64,000 bases of DNA from Thecamonas trahens ATCC 50062 (Eukaryota; Protista; Apusomonadida): assembly GCF_000142905.1 (NCBI RefSeq), contig NW_013657646.1, forward strand, positions 124,001 to 188,000, read 5' to 3'. Of the stretch, positions 11,701 to 23,234 are shown piece by piece. A model generated the notes under the pieces. That model ran no database searches. It saw nothing but the letters and a program-made list of their open reading frames with translations, and was not told the DNA's origin. The translations under genes and the position numbers were made by a program. Position 1 is the first letter of the stretch; each line of letters begins with the position of its first letter.

Positions 11701-12801
11701 CATGCGTTCATTGAGGAGGAGGCCCGTCGCAAGGCCGAGGAGGAGCGCCGTCGCAAGGAGGAAGAGGCCCGCATCGCCGCCGAACGCGCTCGTCGGGCCC
11801 GTGCTCGCGTCCTCGCAGATAAGCTCCGCCAGGACGCCAAGGCCCGCGCCCAGCGCGAGCGAGCCGCCCGCAAGGCCGAAATCGCCCGCGTCCTCGCCGC
11901 CCGCAAGCGCAAGGCCGAAATGGAGGCCGCCGTCAAGATCGAGCAGGAGCGCATCCAGCGGACCATCAACGCCGCCCGCGCCGAGCACGAGCGCCTTGAG
12001 CGCGAGCGCGAAGAGCTGCTGGCCCAGAAGAAGAAGATGGACGAGGACGCCGCACGCGCCCGCGCTGCCGCAGAGAAGCAGGCTGCCCAGCAGCGGACCA
12101 TCCAGGCCAAGAAGGAGCGCATCGCCCAGAAGCAGGCCAAGCGCCGTGCCCGCGTCGAAGAGGCCAAGGAGTTTGCCAAGACAGAGGTCCTCCGTGGCAC
12201 TCGCGTGCTGTGGAAGGGCAAGCGCGCCACCATCCGCTACTGTGGTCGCCTGCCCATTGCCGACTCGGACGACGTCTGGCTCGGCCTCGAGATGGACAAG
12301 AAGCTCAAGAACGGCATTGGCAACGACGGCTCGTGTCTCGGCGTTCAGTTCTTTGTCTGCGCCGCGGGCCGTGGCCTCTTTGTCCGCTCAGAGCGCGTCT
12401 CCGTCGTTCGCACAGACGTTTCCAAGGACGTCGGCGTCCGTGTCGTCGCAAAGGGTCAGCGCGGCACTATCCGCTACGTCGGCGAAGTGTACGGCCAGGA
12501 CGGAACCTGGGTCGGCATCGAGCTCGACAAGGTCGGCTGCGGCAAGAACGACGGCATGGCCCACGAGCACCGCTACTTTACCTGCCCGCCCAAGACCGGC
12601 ATCTTTATGCGGCCCGACGCCGTCGACGTCGTCGAGCCCTGGTCCGATGAGGCCGTCCACGCAAAGCTTCTCGACTACTGCGTCGAGAACAACATGCTCT
12701 CGGACTCGGACCTCCGCGAGCTCATCCGCCGGACCCGCGAGGAAATGGCCGACACCCACGGCGCGTCGGGCGCCGCTGCCTCGGCCAAGCCCACAAAGTG
12801 A
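8780..12801 (+). CDS. Myosin: SH3-like N-terminus, motor, IQ-like, ER/K helix, two CAP-Gly domains; 1-nt frameshift at ~10421
   Basis: P-loop GESGAGKS, switch I NNNSSRFG, switch II DIFGFE and FEQFCINFANE in ORF 8717..10942. It continues as HYAGDVQY and FIRCVKPN in ORF 10309..12801. CAP-Gly GNDGS and GKNDGM. True start is uncertain (CAG acceptor at 8779 or ATG 8801). Confidence 0.9.
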
Positions 12802-12838
12802 AGTGACTGCCGCCAATGAACGACCGAGCAAGTGCGCC

Positions 12839-15292
12839 TCACTCCCGTTCTCGTCCCCACACCTCAAACTCAACCTCCTTGCTGCGGAGATAGCACTCCA
12901 GGTTCTCGTCGACACGGACCTCGAACATGTCGACGTAGTCCCACAAGACCTCGCCGCTGCGCTTGACGTCGGCCCGCGGCGTGACCTCGTCAACATCGTC
13001 ACCCTCGGGATAGTCGTACCGAACAAAGACGCCCGAGCCGGTGCGCTTGCGCATCCCAACAGCGCGGACAACCGCGACCACAACCGTGACCGTCGTGCCA
13101 TAGAACGCATCGAGCGTCTGCGGCGCTGCAAGCCGCGTGTGTCCGCCGTCGTTCGAGAGGAGAAAGATGTCGACGTACAGCCGCGGCGCTTGCCCGCGCA
13201 CAAACGCGCGCGGCAACACAGGATCCAGCACCAGCGGGCGCGACGCCGGCTCGAGGTCTGCCACCCGCGTGAGCGCATACCGCCCCCGCCCTAACAGCAC
13301 GTCTGGCTGCGGTTCGTCGAACGGATCGTCCTCCCCGACGCGAAGCAACGCCACCGACGACACCGAACGCGCCGCAAACGCCGTCATGGCCTCCAGCCGC
13401 GCCCGAAACTCGGCAACCGTCATCCGCGACGGCGGCTGCTTTGGCCGCAGTCGCGACCAGGCTGCCACCGCCACCCCGTCCGCTCCGCCCGAATCCTCGA
13501 CCACAGAAAACACAACCGGCTTGTCGAGCCCTTCCGCCATGTCGTTGGCCGTCGACACCAGACGCGCGAGCTCGAGCACCAGCGCCGCGTGATCCGACGT
13601 CTCCAGCCCGAGCACGCCGGCCATCTCGGCCACGGCGTCGTGCCAGGTAAACGATGGTGAGGATTCGAGACCGGCAGCGTGCGGCCACATGAGCCGAAAG
13701 ACCAGCGCCGCGCCGATGACCAGCCGATCGCCCGGACAGAGCTCGCCGCAAGCCGACGGGTCGAGGAGCTTGCCGTTGATGTGAATGGAGGCGCCCGGGA
13801 AGAGCGCTTTGACCTGGACATGTGGCCTCGTCTCACTTGCTAGCCGCAGCTCGGCGTGAAGCGCTGCCACGCCGGGTGCCGAGACTGCAATGTCGGCCGC
13901 CGCCTCGTCGCTTCCGAGTAGCATGACGTCGCGGCGAAGGACACACACAATGGTGTGCGAGAGCGCAGTCTCGGGGTTGAGATTGACAAGATACGGTGCC
14001 GAGCCGGTGCCAAAGACCTCTCCAAGCTCTGCCAGGGAAATGCCTGAGTCTGCGAGCATGGCCTCGCGCCGGGCGATGGCGGCCTCAGCGGCAGCCTCGC
14101 GGTCGGCAAGGGTGGTGGTCAGCCGATCGAGCTGAGTGTGGAGCTCGGCGAGCTCGGGCCCGTGGGCGTCGGCGCTGCCACCTTCAGAGCTGGCAGCCGC
14201 TGCGGCCTCAAGCTCGGCGATACGAGCCCGGAGCGCGTTGACGTCGACCGACGATGACGTCGACGCGTTGCGCTTGGGTGTGTTGCGGATGTACTTGGCC
14301 CGTGACGCATACCTCAGCGTTGACTCTGTCTCGGTGCGATAGCCCGCGCCGGGGGCAATAGCTGCAATCATACACGTCACAGCATTGCCGCCGAGCGACG
14401 ACTGGAGAAGCCGAGTGAGGACCGAGTTGCGGTATGGCACAAAGTTGGCTCGCCGGCCGGCCTTGGCAGCCTTGGCGAGCGCGGCAATGACGTTGGCGAG
14501 TGCCGAGAGTGACTTGTTGATGGCGCACGCTTCCTTGAGCCGCACTCCGGCAGCGTGGGTTGCAACCTGCCGCTCTGAGCCTGCGAGATCAACCAGATGC
14601 AGCCGTGCCGCGCGCCCGTCGGAGCGGGCGACCCGCAGCTCGATGACCGCATGCGAGCGCGATGAGCCTGCATTCATGGCCGTGGCGGCAACCATCCGTG
14701 ACGCACTGCCAACCTCCAGGGCACGCATAAGCGCGCCCTGGTTTGCCATTGCCAGACGAGTCAGGCCCTCGACGTAGACCCCAGTGTGAGGCGACTCGCG
14801 GAGCCGCAGCTCGTGGCGCCCGGCGGAGTCTGCGAGCAGATCGCGGATGGATTCGTTGTAGATCTCCAGAAACGAGAACTCGATCGAGGCCTCGGGGTCG
14901 TCGCTGGCCTTGAGCTCGGCTAGTGCCGCGGCTATGCGGGGGATGAGCCCGTGGCCGCTTGCGCTTGCCAGCGAGCCCATCATGGTGTGCGACTTGCCGG
15001 CGCCTGTCTGGCCGTAGGCAAAGACGCATGCGTGGAAGCCCGACCAGACAGCGTCGACGACCGAGTGGCCTTCCGCTTCGAACAGTGCCTCTTGTGGGAC
15101 CTTGTCGTCGTACACGCTGTCGTAGGTGTACACCGCCTCGCCAGTCCCGCTCTGGTCCGCCACCATGCGCACCGTGGCCTCACCAGGGACGGCCACCACG
15201 GCCACCGCCGCGCCCGCCCGTCTAGGAGGCCGCATCCGCACCACCACCCGCACAGACTGTCCAGGGGAGCTCCCGCCGTTCGATCCCGCCAT
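12839..15292 (-). CDS. Kinesin-3 family motor (motor, FHA, C-terminal C2-like)
   Basis: GQTGAGKS, SSRSH, DLAGSE and VPYRNSVLT. The kinesin-3 FHA lead-in PYLVNLNPE is present. Confidence 0.88.
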   Translation of the reverse strand: MAGSNGGSSPGQSVRVVVRMRPPRRAGAAVAVVAVPGEATVRMVADQSGTGEAVYTYDSVYDDKVPQEALFEAEGHSVVDAVWSGFHACVFAYGQTGAGKSHTMMGSLASASGHGLIPRIAAALAELKASDDPEASIEFSFLEIYNESIRDLLADSAGRHELRLRESPHTGVYVEGLTRLAMANQGALMRALEVGSASRMVAATAMNAGSSRSHAVIELRVARSDGRAARLHLVDLAGSERQVATHAAGVRLKEACAINKSLSALANVIAALAKAAKAGRRANFVPYRNSVLTRLLQSSLGGNAVTCMIAAIAPGAGYRTETESTLRYASRAKYIRNTPKRNASTSSSVDVNALRARIAELEAAAAASSEGGSADAHGPELAELHTQLDRLTTTLADREAAAEAAIARREAMLADSGISLAELGEVFGTGSAPYLVNLNPETALSHTIVCVLRRDVMLLGSDEAAADIAVSAPGVAALHAELRLASETRPHVQVKALFPGASIHINGKLLDPSACGELCPGDRLVIGAALVFRLMWPHAAGLESSPSFTWHDAVAEMAGVLGLETSDHAALVLELARLVSTANDMAEGLDKPVVFSVVEDSGGADGVAVAAWSRLRPKQPPSRMTVAEFRARLEAMTAFAARSVSSVALLRVGEDDPFDEPQPDVLLGRGRYALTRVADLEPASRPLVLDPVLPRAFVRGQAPRLYVDIFLLSNDGGHTRLAAPQTLDAFYGTTVTVVVAVVRAVGMRKRTGSGVFVRYDYPEGDDVDEVTPRADVKRSGEVLWDYVDMFEVRVDENLECYLRSKEVEFEVWGRERE

Positions 15293-15429
15293 GATGGGCG
15301 GTGGTCGGAGGTGGGGTGGTCGACCTTGAACAGCTGCGGAAGGGAGCAGGAGGGAAGGGCAGGCCTGCCCGGCTGGCCCACCCTGTCATTGATTGTGGTA
15401 TCAAGGATTGGACCACCATGGCCAGCCAT

Positions 15430-15740
15430 GCCCATCACCAGCATGACCATGCCCATCACTGCCATTGCCATGGCCATCACTATCATGGCCATCCCCATCA
15501 CCAGCATGGCCATCCCCATCACCAGCATGGCCATCACCATCACTACCATGGCCATCCCCATCCCCAACACCATCCCCATCACTACCATCCCCATCCCCAA
15601 TACCATCCCCATCCCCAATACCATCCCCATCCCCAACACCATCCCCATCCCCAACACCATCCCCATCCCCAATACCATCCCCATCCCCAACACCATCCCC
15701 ATCACTACCCCATCCCCAACACCATCCCCATCCCCAATAC
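15430..15740. repeat. Minisatellite with 18-bp unit ACCATCCCCATCCCCAAY plus degenerate CCATCA/CCATGG units
   Basis: Directly visible tandem units between the kinesin-3 and second myosin starts. Confidence 0.9.
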
Positions 15741-16147
15741 CGGGTTGTCGCGTTGGTGTTATATGAGCCTTTCTGACGTGGTCGAGACAGTCAATGACCG
15801 TGGCCGGCAAAAAACTACACTCTCTTCGACACGCCAACCACCAAAGGACGACTACCCTCCTCCCCCATAGCCACACACCGACACGCACACACCTCCACCA
15901 ACACCACAGCCACCACCAACACCACCACCAACGCCACCACAACCACCACAACCACAACCACAACCACCACTATCCCCCCCCCCTCCCCCCCCCCCCCCTC
16001 TCCCTTCCACCCCTTGCTCCCACAGGTGCCACACTCGGCACGCGCACGGTGGGGACAGACAGGCCCACCCTCCCGCAACCCACCACACAGACCCATACCC
16101 CATACCCATACCCACACACGCCTGTGTGTGTGTGTGTATAGGTAGAC

Positions 16148-19100
16148 ATGGCTGACGTCCTCGCCCCCCTCCGTGGAGGTGGGATAGAGGACGACTTGGC
16201 CAATGTGGAACAGGTCGACGACGGGAGTCTGGCTGACCTCCTGGCTGCCCGCTTTGACAAGCATCTGCTGTACACGTACGTGGGCGAACAGGTCGTCGCC
16301 CTCAACCCCTTTGCGTCTATGGACCTCTACTCGCCACCCATTAGAGACGCTTACCGCAACAAGGATGCTGCTATGGTCCCCCCGCACATCTACGTCCTTG
16401 CTGACGCTGCCCATCGTGCCATGCGCTCGGCTCGCGTCGATCAGGCCGTCGTCATCTCGGGCGAGTCGGGCTCGGGCAAGACAGAGTCGTCAAAGATTTT
16501 CATGCAGTACCTGGCGTCGCTAATGCCAAGCGATGCTGCAGGCTCCCGCGCCCAAGCCCTCCAGCGCCGCATCCTCGTCTCCAACCCGATTCTCGAGGCC
16601 TTTGGCAATGCGGTCACCACACGCAACAACAACTCGTCCCGGTTCGGCAAGTTTGTCCAGCTCCACTACGACCCCACCACCGCCGTCCCGCTATACGCCC
16701 GAGTCGAGCACTATCTACTCGAGCGCTCGCGAGTCGTGACCCGCCCCAAGGTCGAGCGCTCTTTCCACATCTTTTACTATCTGCTCTCGCAGACCAAGCT
16801 CGCCTCGTCGCTCTTTCTGCACCCAGACCCGGGCCACTTTGCCTACCTTGCCTGCTCGGACATCACTCCGGCGGCGGCGGCTGGCTCTTCTTTCCAGCGC
16901 GACTTTGCCTATGTGTGGAAGTCTATGGAGCTCCTCGGATGGGCAAAGTCGGACAAGGTACTCATCTTTAAGATCCTCGCCGCCATCCTGCTCCTGGGCA
17001 ACGTGACATTTGACTCTTCTGCCGGCGACGACAGCACCGCCGTTCCGGCTCCAGACGCCCCGCTTGAGGCCATCGCCTCGCTGCTTGCCATCCCGACCTC
17101 CTCGCTCCTCGCCGCTCTCACCACTCGCACGCTCGGTGCCTCGCTCAAGGTCCCGCTCTCGCCAGCGTCGGCGGTCCTCGCTCGCGACTCGCTCGCCAAG
17201 CACCTCTACGCCCGGCTCTTTGACTTTGTCGTCGCCGCCATCAACGACTCGCTCGCCGACGACGCCACATTCGCCGACACCGTCTCCATCGGCGTCCTCG
17301 ACATTTACGGCTTTGAGGTCTTCGAGGTCAACTCGTTCGAGCAGCTCTGTATCAACTACACCAACGAGAAGCTGCAAAACGTGTTCATCAAGACCGTTCT
17401 TGCCGAGGCGCAGGCCGAGTACACCGACGAGGGCCTCCCGTGGGCGCACATTCCGTTTGCTGACAACGCCGACACCTGCTTCCTCATCGAGTCGCGGACA
17501 GGCATTTTTGCCATTCTCGACGAAGCATGCATGCTCGCCACCAACAACAACGCGTCCGCAGGCGCAGGGTCAGGCCTCGAGACCCAAGCCTTTGGCGAGA
17601 CACTCGTCAAAAAGTTCGACTCGTACGTCTCGGACTCGCCTGCGTACGCCTCGTACGGCGTGAGCCGCGACCGGTCGCTGGGGCCGGCGCAGTTCCGCAT
17701 CCAGCACTTTGCCGGCTCGGTCACCTACACCACCGACGCCTTTCTGATCAAGAACGCCTCGGCCCTCTCTCCAGACCTGCTTGCTCTCCTCGAGCTCTCG
17801 TCATCGCCGGCCATCGCCACCTTTGGCGCGCCCGACGAGCCCGACGAGCCGCCAGCCCGCTCCGGCTCTCGCTCCGGCTCTCGCTCGCTCCTTGGCTCCT
17901 CCAAGAACGGATCGATCGGTTCAGTAGGCTCGATCGGCTCGCGCCGCCGCAAGGCCGGCATGGCCGCTGGCCGCTTCAAGGTCGCCGTTCAGGGCCTCAT
18001 GGCTCGCCTTGCCACCTCGCAAGCCCACTACATTCGCTGCATCAAGCCGAACTCAACCAAGGCTCCGCTAACCTTTGACCGTGCCAAGGTTCTCGACCAA
18101 ATCGGCTACCTCAACCTCGCCGAGACCTGCCGTGTCCGCCGTTCGGGCTTTGCCGCCCGCTACGGCTATGCCCAGTTTGTGCTCCGCTTTGGCTCGCTCC
18201 TCCCGTCGTCGGCCGCTGTGGCCGACGTCGTGGCGCGGCTCAAGCGCGAGCCGCCGTCGGCGCGTCCGACCCGGCCTGACCCAGCCATCGCCGCTGCCGC
18301 CAACGCCATCCTCGCCGCCCGCGGCCTCGCCGGCTCGTCCGACGTTGCCCTCGGTAAGACCCGCATCTACTTCCGCACTACCCTCGTCGCCTACGAGCTA
18401 CAAAAAAGCCTCGACGCGCTGCAAGCGACCAGCGTGGGTCATCTCAAGGCGCTAGCTCGCCTCGTCCTCGCCAACCAGGTCGGACGCGCCCGGCGTGCCG
18501 AGCAAGAGCGCCGCGCCGCCGAAGCCGCTCGGGCCGCGGCCAAGGCTCAAGCTGAGCGTGAACGCCGCGAACGCGAGCGGCAGGAGACCATTGCCGCCGA
18601 GCGCCGCCGTGCCGCGTCGATCGCCGCCGCCGCTCAGCGCATGGCTGAGGCAAGAGCTCAGGCGCGCAAATCGATCCATCGTCCGCCGGTCTCTGCCGCG
18701 CAGACCGCGACGCGGCCGGTCGCCCGCCGTGCACCGGCCGCAGGTGCCGTTCGGGCCCGCCGCGAGCCCCGTCGTCCGCCACGAACCGCTGTCGTGACTC
18801 AGGTGCCCGAGCCGGTGCCGGCCGAAGTCGCTGTTGTCATCCAGATCGACGCGCCGCCGCCGCTTTCCAACCGGCGGCAGGCGATGAAGGGGCCCAAGCC
18901 CGAACGCAAGCCCAAGCCCGGGCCCAAGCCGGACCGCAAGCCGAAGCCGGAACTCAAACCCAAGCCCGAGCGCAAGCCCAAGCCCAAGCAACCGCCACGT
19001 AAGTCAACGCCGCTCGCGTCGTTCGAGTCAAGCATGACGGCCGCAGAGGCGCAAGCCGTTGACCGCCAGCGGAGCAAGGATGAGGCCCAAGCGCGGATGG

Positions 19101-20910
19101 CTTCAGAGGCCCGAAAGTGGCGTGAAGTCAAAAAGATGCACGAGGTTGCGCGCAGGCTGGTCGGCGGTGAGGCGCTCAACCTTCTTCAGCCAGGCCGCTC
19201 GTTTGTCCGCGAGGGTCAGCTGGTCAAGACCTCGCGGGTCGGAACCAAGTCCAAGTCGCAGAAGCGGTACTTTTTCCTCTTCTCGGACATGATTGTATGG
19301 ACTCGTGAGAACGGCAAGATGCTGCGCCGCGGCTCGACCACTTACGACGTTCGCCAGGGCTTTGCCCTCGACCGCATCACCGTGGTTGACCTGCCAGACT
19401 CGGCCAAGTTCCGCATCGACGTCCTCGGCGGCAAAGACTACGAGATCGGTTGCCGGAGCCGGACCGAGAAGATCTCCTGGCTTAGCGACATCCTGCGGCT
19501 CCAAGCCGAGACTGCCGACAAGACCGCTAACGCCCGCGCAAGATCCAAGTCGGCCCGCGCCGCGGTCGCCGCCTCGGCCAAGCGCAGTGCCGACGCTGTC
19601 GAATATGCTGCTGCTGGCGACGACGACGACGACGATGGCGGCGGCGACGACGACCGCGGCTCAGTCCGGCCCGAGTCATCCGAGTCGACCGCGTCGGTTG
19701 TCAGCGCGCCGTCGCAAGTCGCCAAGCGCGACTCGCAGCGCAGCATTATGCTCGCCGCCGGTCGCTCTATGAGTGACAACGCGGGCTCCTCGCCACGCTT
19801 GTCGGGTCTTGCTGGCAGCCCGGGTGCGAACCTTCGCTTGCGGTCGCAGACCGTCTCACCGCTGCCGGGCTCAGGCAGTCCGCAGTACAAGCCCGGTGGT
19901 GTCCTCGCCTCGGGTGGTTCGTCATCGCCCAAAGTTCGCAATCGAGGCTCGACCGTCGACGAGTCGTCGGACGCGACGCGGCGCCGCCGCAAGGTCAATA
20001 CGCCGGCGTCGCGCAACTCGCGTGCCTTTGCCGGTCTGGACTCGTACGACGAGTCGGACCTCTCGTCTGGCGGTGCGCTGTCATCGATGTCTTCGTACCA
20101 GGGCCTTGCGGCGCTCCGCAAGCACCTCGTCGGCGACGGGACTCTCGAGTCGCCACAGCCAGTCAAGCCCGCGCCGGCGGCCAAGCAGGCGAGCACGGTA
20201 GGCGGCGGCGGTGGCCTTGGCCTAGCTGCGGGCCTCACACTCGGCCCGGGCGGCGCTGCTCCGCGATCTTCGACCTTTATCCCGCCGCCGCCCGAGTTTG
20301 ACTCGGGCAAGAACATGTTCATGCCTCCGTCACGCGCATCGCCGGCCTCGCCGACCTCGCCGGCCTCGCCGACCTCGCCAGCTTCGCCGTACTCACCAAC
20401 CTCGTCGTACTCGTCGTCACCGCCCAAGCCCAAGCCGCTGGTCACTCGCAAAGCCCCCAAATACGAGCCCGAGCCGTTGCCACCCAAGCCCAAGCCGATC
20501 GTCCGGCGCGCACCGCCACGCGAGCAGGTGCCAGAACCAGAGCCGGTGCCCGAACCAGAGCCAGAACCAGAGTCAGGGCCGGGACCTGCGGCCGAGCTGA
20601 CGCTTGAATCGCCGTCGCGGCGCGAGCTTTGCTGCCCGAGTTCCGAGCCCAGCTCAAGCCGCTGTTGGTGGCCATCAAGGGCAAAAAGGTGGACAGTCTC
20701 TCGTCTCACCTTGTCAAGACGATCCAGTACGCCCGCGGTGTGGACGGGCTCGACGAGGCGTCGCTCAACGAGCAAAGCACGGCGCTGGCCAAGGCGGCCA
20801 AGGTGGTGCTGGTGATGAGCAAGAACAACCACGCCCGGCTGGACCAGGCGTGGTCGGTACTGCTCTCGGTCGTCACCAAGTATGCGCGCTTTGTTGTCGA
20901 CTCGCTGTGA
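16148..20910 (+). CDS. Myosin with class-I-like head, PH domain and Pro/Ser-rich tail; 1-nt frameshift at ~20629
   Basis: GESGSGKT, NNNSSRFG, DIYGFE and YIRCIKPN. No N-terminal SH3-like domain, and ETCRVRRSGF resembles myosin-I ENVRVRRAGF. PH domain RSFVREGQL..KRYFFLFSD..EKISWLSDI. Tail continues in ORF 20629..20910. Confidence 0.9.
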
Positions 20911-20924
20911 GGAGTTGGAGTGAT

Positions 20925-23234
20925 TTACAGCGTAGAGGCGGCTGCAACAGGACCATCCCACGGCGGCGTGGCCACCCAAGCAAAGACTTGTAGCAGCAGC
21001 TCGTTTGGTAGCTGTGAGACGAGTGAGTCGCCGTACCGATAGGTCCGCGACTCGGGGTCGACGCTTCGGGCGATGAGGAGTGTGGTCCAGATGGCATCGC
21101 GGACGTGACGTGGGAAGAAAACATGGTTGGTCGGCTTCCAGGCAACAGCCAGGTCCTGGATGTCGAGGAACCAGCGGAGCAGATGGCGGACAGCCGGTGA
21201 GTCGGAACCAGCGAGGCAGGCGGCAACATCAAAGGCGCCCGGGTCGCGGTGGTAGGCGAGGAGGTAGCGAGCGAGGTCGACGTGGCCGTTCTTGGCAGCA
21301 ATGAAGAGAACTGAGCGGTTGTTGCGGGTGCGGGCGTCGCAACGGGCGCCGTGGTCGATGAGGAGCTTGACCGACTCGAGATTGCCTTCTTGCGCTGAGA
21401 TAAGAAGCGGGTTAAAGCCCTGCAGTTGGGCCGCCTCCTTGTCAAGCTCGGGATAGTTCTCCAAGAGGAAGCGTAGGATGGCGGTCTCGTTCCGTTTGGC
21501 CGCCACGTAGAGGAGCGACTGGCCATTGTCGGTGAGGACGTGCGGCGATGCGCCGCCGACTGAAAGCAGGTACTCGAGGATGTCGTAGTGGCCGCGGAGA
21601 GCGGCGACATGGACCGGTGTGTAGCCGGACTTTTCGGGCGCTTCTACGTCGATGCTCGCGCCACGGGTGTCGCGGACGACGTCGATGAGATACCGAGCCG
21701 TCTCCATGTGACCGTAGTAGGCCGCAAGGTAGACGGCCGACTGGTGGGCATGTCCACGGACGGTGATGTCGACGCCCTCTTCCTCAAAGAGGTAGCGGAC
21801 CACGTTGAGGTTTCCGTTTTCGATGGCAAAGAGCATCGGCGTAAAGCCATCGTTGGCCGGCTCGGTCGGATCGAGGCCGACGTCGTGGATGAGGAAGCGG
21901 GTGAGGTCGAGAAAGCCGCGGCCTGCGGCGATAAAGATGACCGAGTCCCCCTTGGCGGTGCGGGTGCGGGCGTTGACGCCGGCCTCTAGCACAAGGTAGC
22001 GAACTACGTCGAGGGCGCCCACGTGAGCTGCAATGTGGAGCGGGCACCAGCCCGAGTGCTGCTTGCGCTCCGGGTCGACTCCGTACTCGGCAAGGAGCTG
22101 GACGGCAGGTGCGTGGCCAAAGTTGGCTGCGACGTAGATGGGCGTCGAGCCACGCGAGGTGACGACGTCACCCTTGGCGCCGCCGTCTTCAAGGAAGTGA
22201 CGGAGGACGGCGACGTGCCCGCCTTGCGCCGCGGCGTGGAGCGGATACCAACCCTTATCCGATGGCACGTTCGGGTCGACGTTGTGCCGCTCGAGCAGGT
22301 ACTTGACCAAGTCGAGCGAGCCGACCAGCGCTGCGAGATAGAGCGGAGTAATGGCGCCCGACGCGGTTGTCGCCTCGGGCGAGCACCCGACGTCTTCGAT
22401 GAGATAGGTGACAAAGTCGAGACGCTTGTGCTGGGTCGCCACATGGAGCGCAGTGTAGCCGTAGTCGTCGGGCGTGTCAATGCATGTCCGGCCATCGTCG
22501 ACAAGCAACCGGAGGACGTCGAGGTGGCCGTGCTTGGCAGCGAGGTATGCCGCCGACTGGCCCGACGCCGAGCAAGCGGAAGAGTCAACGCCGCGGGTGG
22601 CGAGAAGGGCGGAAACCATGGCCGTGGAGCCTGCGCGGACCGCAAGCAGCAGCGGTGTGAGGCCATCGCTCTCCGCCGGGCCGATCGGATTGAGCGCCAC
22701 CTCGCCGCGGAGGCCAGCGAGCTTCCCTTCACGGTTGCATATGCAAGCCAGGGTGTCGAGGACAAAGCGGAGGGCATCGAGCGAACCCGAGGCAACGGCG
22801 GCGTGGAGCACCGTTCCGGAGATGTCGTCGGCCAGATCGAGTCGCAGGCCGCGGACGGTGGCCAGCGCGGCCATCATGCCAACGTCACCGGCCCGGGCAG
22901 CAAGCAGCAGGGCGGTGGTCTTCCCGCGCGGCGCCGCCAGCCATCCGAGTTCTGCCATGGCATTGATGTCCATGTCCGGGTGAGCTCTGGTCAGTGCCAA
23001 TGCTGCGCGTGTGTCACCGGCGTCGACTGCGGCCAGCAGCCGTGCGTGTGGCGCAGCACCCGGTGGCAGCGCCCGCGACGGAGGCGCCGGCAGGGCAGCC
23101 TCGCATGGCGCACGACCTCCGGTTCCGGGCGTAGGTGTGGGGCCATGGCCCTCTGCAAGGGGCGAGGGAGGTGCGGAGGGAGGCAGTGGGACAAGCGGTA
23201 CCTCTACACTTGGTGGTGGCATCCGTTTCCGCAT
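20925..23234 (-). CDS. Ankyrin-repeat protein with C-terminal F-box-like motif
   Basis: About 15 or more G.TPLH.AA..G-type repeats. C-terminus WKPTNHVFFP..QLPNELLLQVFAWV. Start taken at MRKRM (23234). Confidence 0.88.
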   Translation of the reverse strand: MRKRMPPPSVEVPLVPLPPSAPPSPLAEGHGPTPTPGTGGRAPCEAALPAPPSRALPPGAAPHARLLAAVDAGDTRAALALTRAHPDMDINAMAELGWLAAPRGKTTALLLAARAGDVGMMAALATVRGLRLDLADDISGTVLHAAVASGSLDALRFVLDTLACICNREGKLAGLRGEVALNPIGPAESDGLTPLLLAVRAGSTAMVSALLATRGVDSSACSASGQSAAYLAAKHGHLDVLRLLVDDGRTCIDTPDDYGYTALHVATQHKRLDFVTYLIEDVGCSPEATTASGAITPLYLAALVGSLDLVKYLLERHNVDPNVPSDKGWYPLHAAAQGGHVAVLRHFLEDGGAKGDVVTSRGSTPIYVAANFGHAPAVQLLAEYGVDPERKQHSGWCPLHIAAHVGALDVVRYLVLEAGVNARTRTAKGDSVIFIAAGRGFLDLTRFLIHDVGLDPTEPANDGFTPMLFAIENGNLNVVRYLFEEEGVDITVRGHAHQSAVYLAAYYGHMETARYLIDVVRDTRGASIDVEAPEKSGYTPVHVAALRGHYDILEYLLSVGGASPHVLTDNGQSLLYVAAKRNETAILRFLLENYPELDKEAAQLQGFNPLLISAQEGNLESVKLLIDHGARCDARTRNNRSVLFIAAKNGHVDLARYLLAYHRDPGAFDVAACLAGSDSPAVRHLLRWFLDIQDLAVAWKPTNHVFFPRHVRDAIWTTLLIARSVDPESRTYRYGDSLVSQLPNELLLQVFAWVATPPWDGPVAAASTL

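Noticed and set aside
14951-16141. ORFs encoding IPIPNT, His-rich or MGMVLG repeats
   Set aside because: They are translations of the minisatellite, open in several frames; there is no evidence of coding.
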